NCBI GenBank assembly: GCA_963555825.3
Contig: CAUVXB020000002.1
Span: 64,001 to 128,000 of the forward strand
Length of the DNA stretch: 64,000 nucleotides
Source of the DNA: Alphaproteobacteria bacterium
Lineage (GTDB): Bacteria; Pseudomonadota; Alphaproteobacteria; JAAXGF01
Direction: 5' to 3'
Under the pieces are notes generated by a model, which saw only the letters and a list, made by a program, of their open reading frames with translations, was not told where the DNA came from and ran no database searches. Below, piece by piece: positions 63,901-64,000 of this stretch; position 1 is the first letter of the stretch; the number at the start of each line of letters is the position of its first letter. A program made the translations under genes and the position numbers.

Positions 63901-64000
63901 GGCGTCCACCCGGTGCTCCCTCTGTGCGTCCCCTTTCACGTGCCCGAGCGCCGCGTCCTCCTCGACATTGGGATCGGTCGTCGTCAGCCGCACGGTCCCG
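57970..64000 (-). CDS. Large repetitive surface adhesin, autotransporter-like (SwmB-like and Calx-beta repeats); 5' end outside window
   Basis: Open frame >2000 aa; LELVYDEALD repeats, VDYETADGTA..DY..GT..F.PGET Calx-beta motifs, and a beta-barrel-like C-terminus ending LRLTARF. Confidence 0.85.
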   Translation of the reverse strand, partial: GTVRLTTTDPNVEEDAALGHVKGDAQREHRVDAVPPGVESASMQGTVLELVYDEALDEGSVPEKGEFKVSLDGGTAQAVSAVAVDGTTVTLTLATPAVFGQAVTLTYTVPAANPLRDLFGNPAGALTNHPVANETLVLVVLPVVSIAAVHAKAAPLLADAVFRLTASPAPASDLAVTLSIAQAGAYLASTEQTVTIPAGQTSATGTFPIADDYTLASGGLAATVTGVGRLYVPAAAPANAATVQVVVVDPPIVAQWAEDAYEVAEGKDATAALTLKTAAGMPKPRADYKVRMFTTNDSAVAGDDYTAVSGELTVRPGDWTADGAVFAASVPATVETVDDSLLEGDERFRLQVSAAANQAPLGLECPAGLRDLGGAGRCATDIVIDDDETLSVTAVTVTSTPAAGNTYLGGETIGFTVGFTAPVTVTGTPTFMFMLGDQTREAAYSSGSETADLVFAYTVQAGETDTDGISWKANALALGGGTVRLTTTDPNVEEDAALAHPAEREGLGEHRVDADPPGVESASLDGTRLELVYDEVLDGSSEPGTSAYTVAATVGSNPTVSMVSVEGSTVTLTLSAAPDDGAEVTLGYTAPASNPVRDAAGNPAPGLTSVLVLRGPVVDDIVFGPELMPTDVPADRYGYTEAHLSSNVLGLRRYKAHKMVAHDEGDRLTFEVVFNRPVKVTGTGSDPILKFKLWGETKTATWNRESGTSLSKTLTFTWGPVATGDNDFEGIKVTKLDVSMGKDIVDSDGRKFVAGSFEDEPFKGPRIFGGFHELRIDAKGYAVEGEMYEFSVKRKVIRSGDLDEETYVLLGITDSAFPGTPALGRHEGSDNGPGGRVVTFKPGATEGRRSNTEVLPSVTPPDDEGPTEGRTMTIALHATHVTLENEAGKLVHRIYMPRIVDGVFEVATVPVRPIGTARAGAAPAIVGTPAVSAPQRNGAYAAEERIEAQVAFDTVVIVDETEGSPTLAIALAGRRHDAAYVSGSGSATLRFAVEAPKSAEGAAAARAIANGLVLNGATVRDADGNDAVLDFGENPRIASLAIGAAPGGDGTWDAGETVEVAVTFEEPVTVDTEAGTPALRARVGAATYAIPYASGTGTDTLTFAVTREDGAAPAPTVIVEGDSLALNRGAIESTAGLVADIAHPGAARAGFAAPELPSIEASDAEAREGEALEFRLELSQASETPVSVDYETADGTAQEGADYVPVSGTVSFAPGETVKTVSVATLGDGDEEPAETLPLRLSNAEGATLATTEASGTIAASGGADTFTGAFSGVPEEHDGETEFTLTLTFDEEPEGLSYKTVRDSLFTREGGTIGGARRASPPSNKAFVLKVTPSADEAVTLTLKAVPPCGQEKTVCTAGGSVLSGPLGVTVPGPAALSVADAQVQEGPGAVLEFVVSLDRRRHAPVRVDYATVNGEAVAGDDYVHTAGTLSFSPGETRHTVSVPVLADEHDEESETLTLKLLNPVGARIADGEAVGTIRNNGAIPKAWIARFGRTVAEQVLVAVEGRMRASPAPGVEVALAGERIGGHAEPGSEAERDARREEEARRDAERLADWLHGETDPEEAQRRSRAVTPRDLQTGSSFALTSETAGKDLVSLWGRGAVSRFDGREGRLTLDGEVVTGMLGADWTGGRWTAGLIVSHSAAEGGYSGAPGAGDGPGDGAGTAAGSGPGSGSGTGGRVEATLTGVFPWARHALSERLEAWGAAGYGQGELTVTPKKPGTDEDGAAIRTDLDLRMAAAGLRGVLLDPESGSGFQLTGKTDAMVVQTASGRGRSADGGNLAPARATVSRLRLGLEGSRTIRLGGGAALTPSLEIGVRHDGGDAETGFGLDLGGGLALSDPKRGLQAELRGRGLLAHESKGFRDLGFSGSLAWEGNPGSDRGAKLRLTQTVGGSSSGGADALLSRTTLEGLAANDNGEGGNDELKSRRLELKFGYGLSAFGDRFTWTPEAGVGLSDTGRDYSLGWRLVLGGSGSDGGSLELSFEARRHESANDDTDPVHEVGLRLTARF

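Overview
GC-rich bacterial window, probably alphaproteobacterial (inferred from gene types), occupied mostly by one conjugative element (ICE or plasmid segment). From left to right: a toprim primase gene split by a recombinase-in-trio (RIT) element that carries a paralog of the gene it disrupts; a DUF2493/SLOG-like gene; an AT-rich oriT candidate and a MOB-F/TrwC relaxase-helicase; nested IS3/IS110/IS256 debris; a PLD-like gene with a helicase-like fragment; then a ~33 kb minus-strand gene train. That train encodes an R64-like type IVb pilus, a Dot/Icm-like (MPF-I) T4SS, Ssb and a VirD4-type coupling protein, and is headed by a phage-like CI/Cro switch. To the right lie a second IS3::IS110 (bridge-RNA guides readable by eye), IS21, a truncated DUF6499/FseA-like activator, HU and the 3' part of a large repetitive autotransporter-like adhesin. 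Many backbone genes carry apparent 1-nt frameshifts, due either to sequencing error or to decay. All family calls come from manual motif reading and synteny; no database searches were run.
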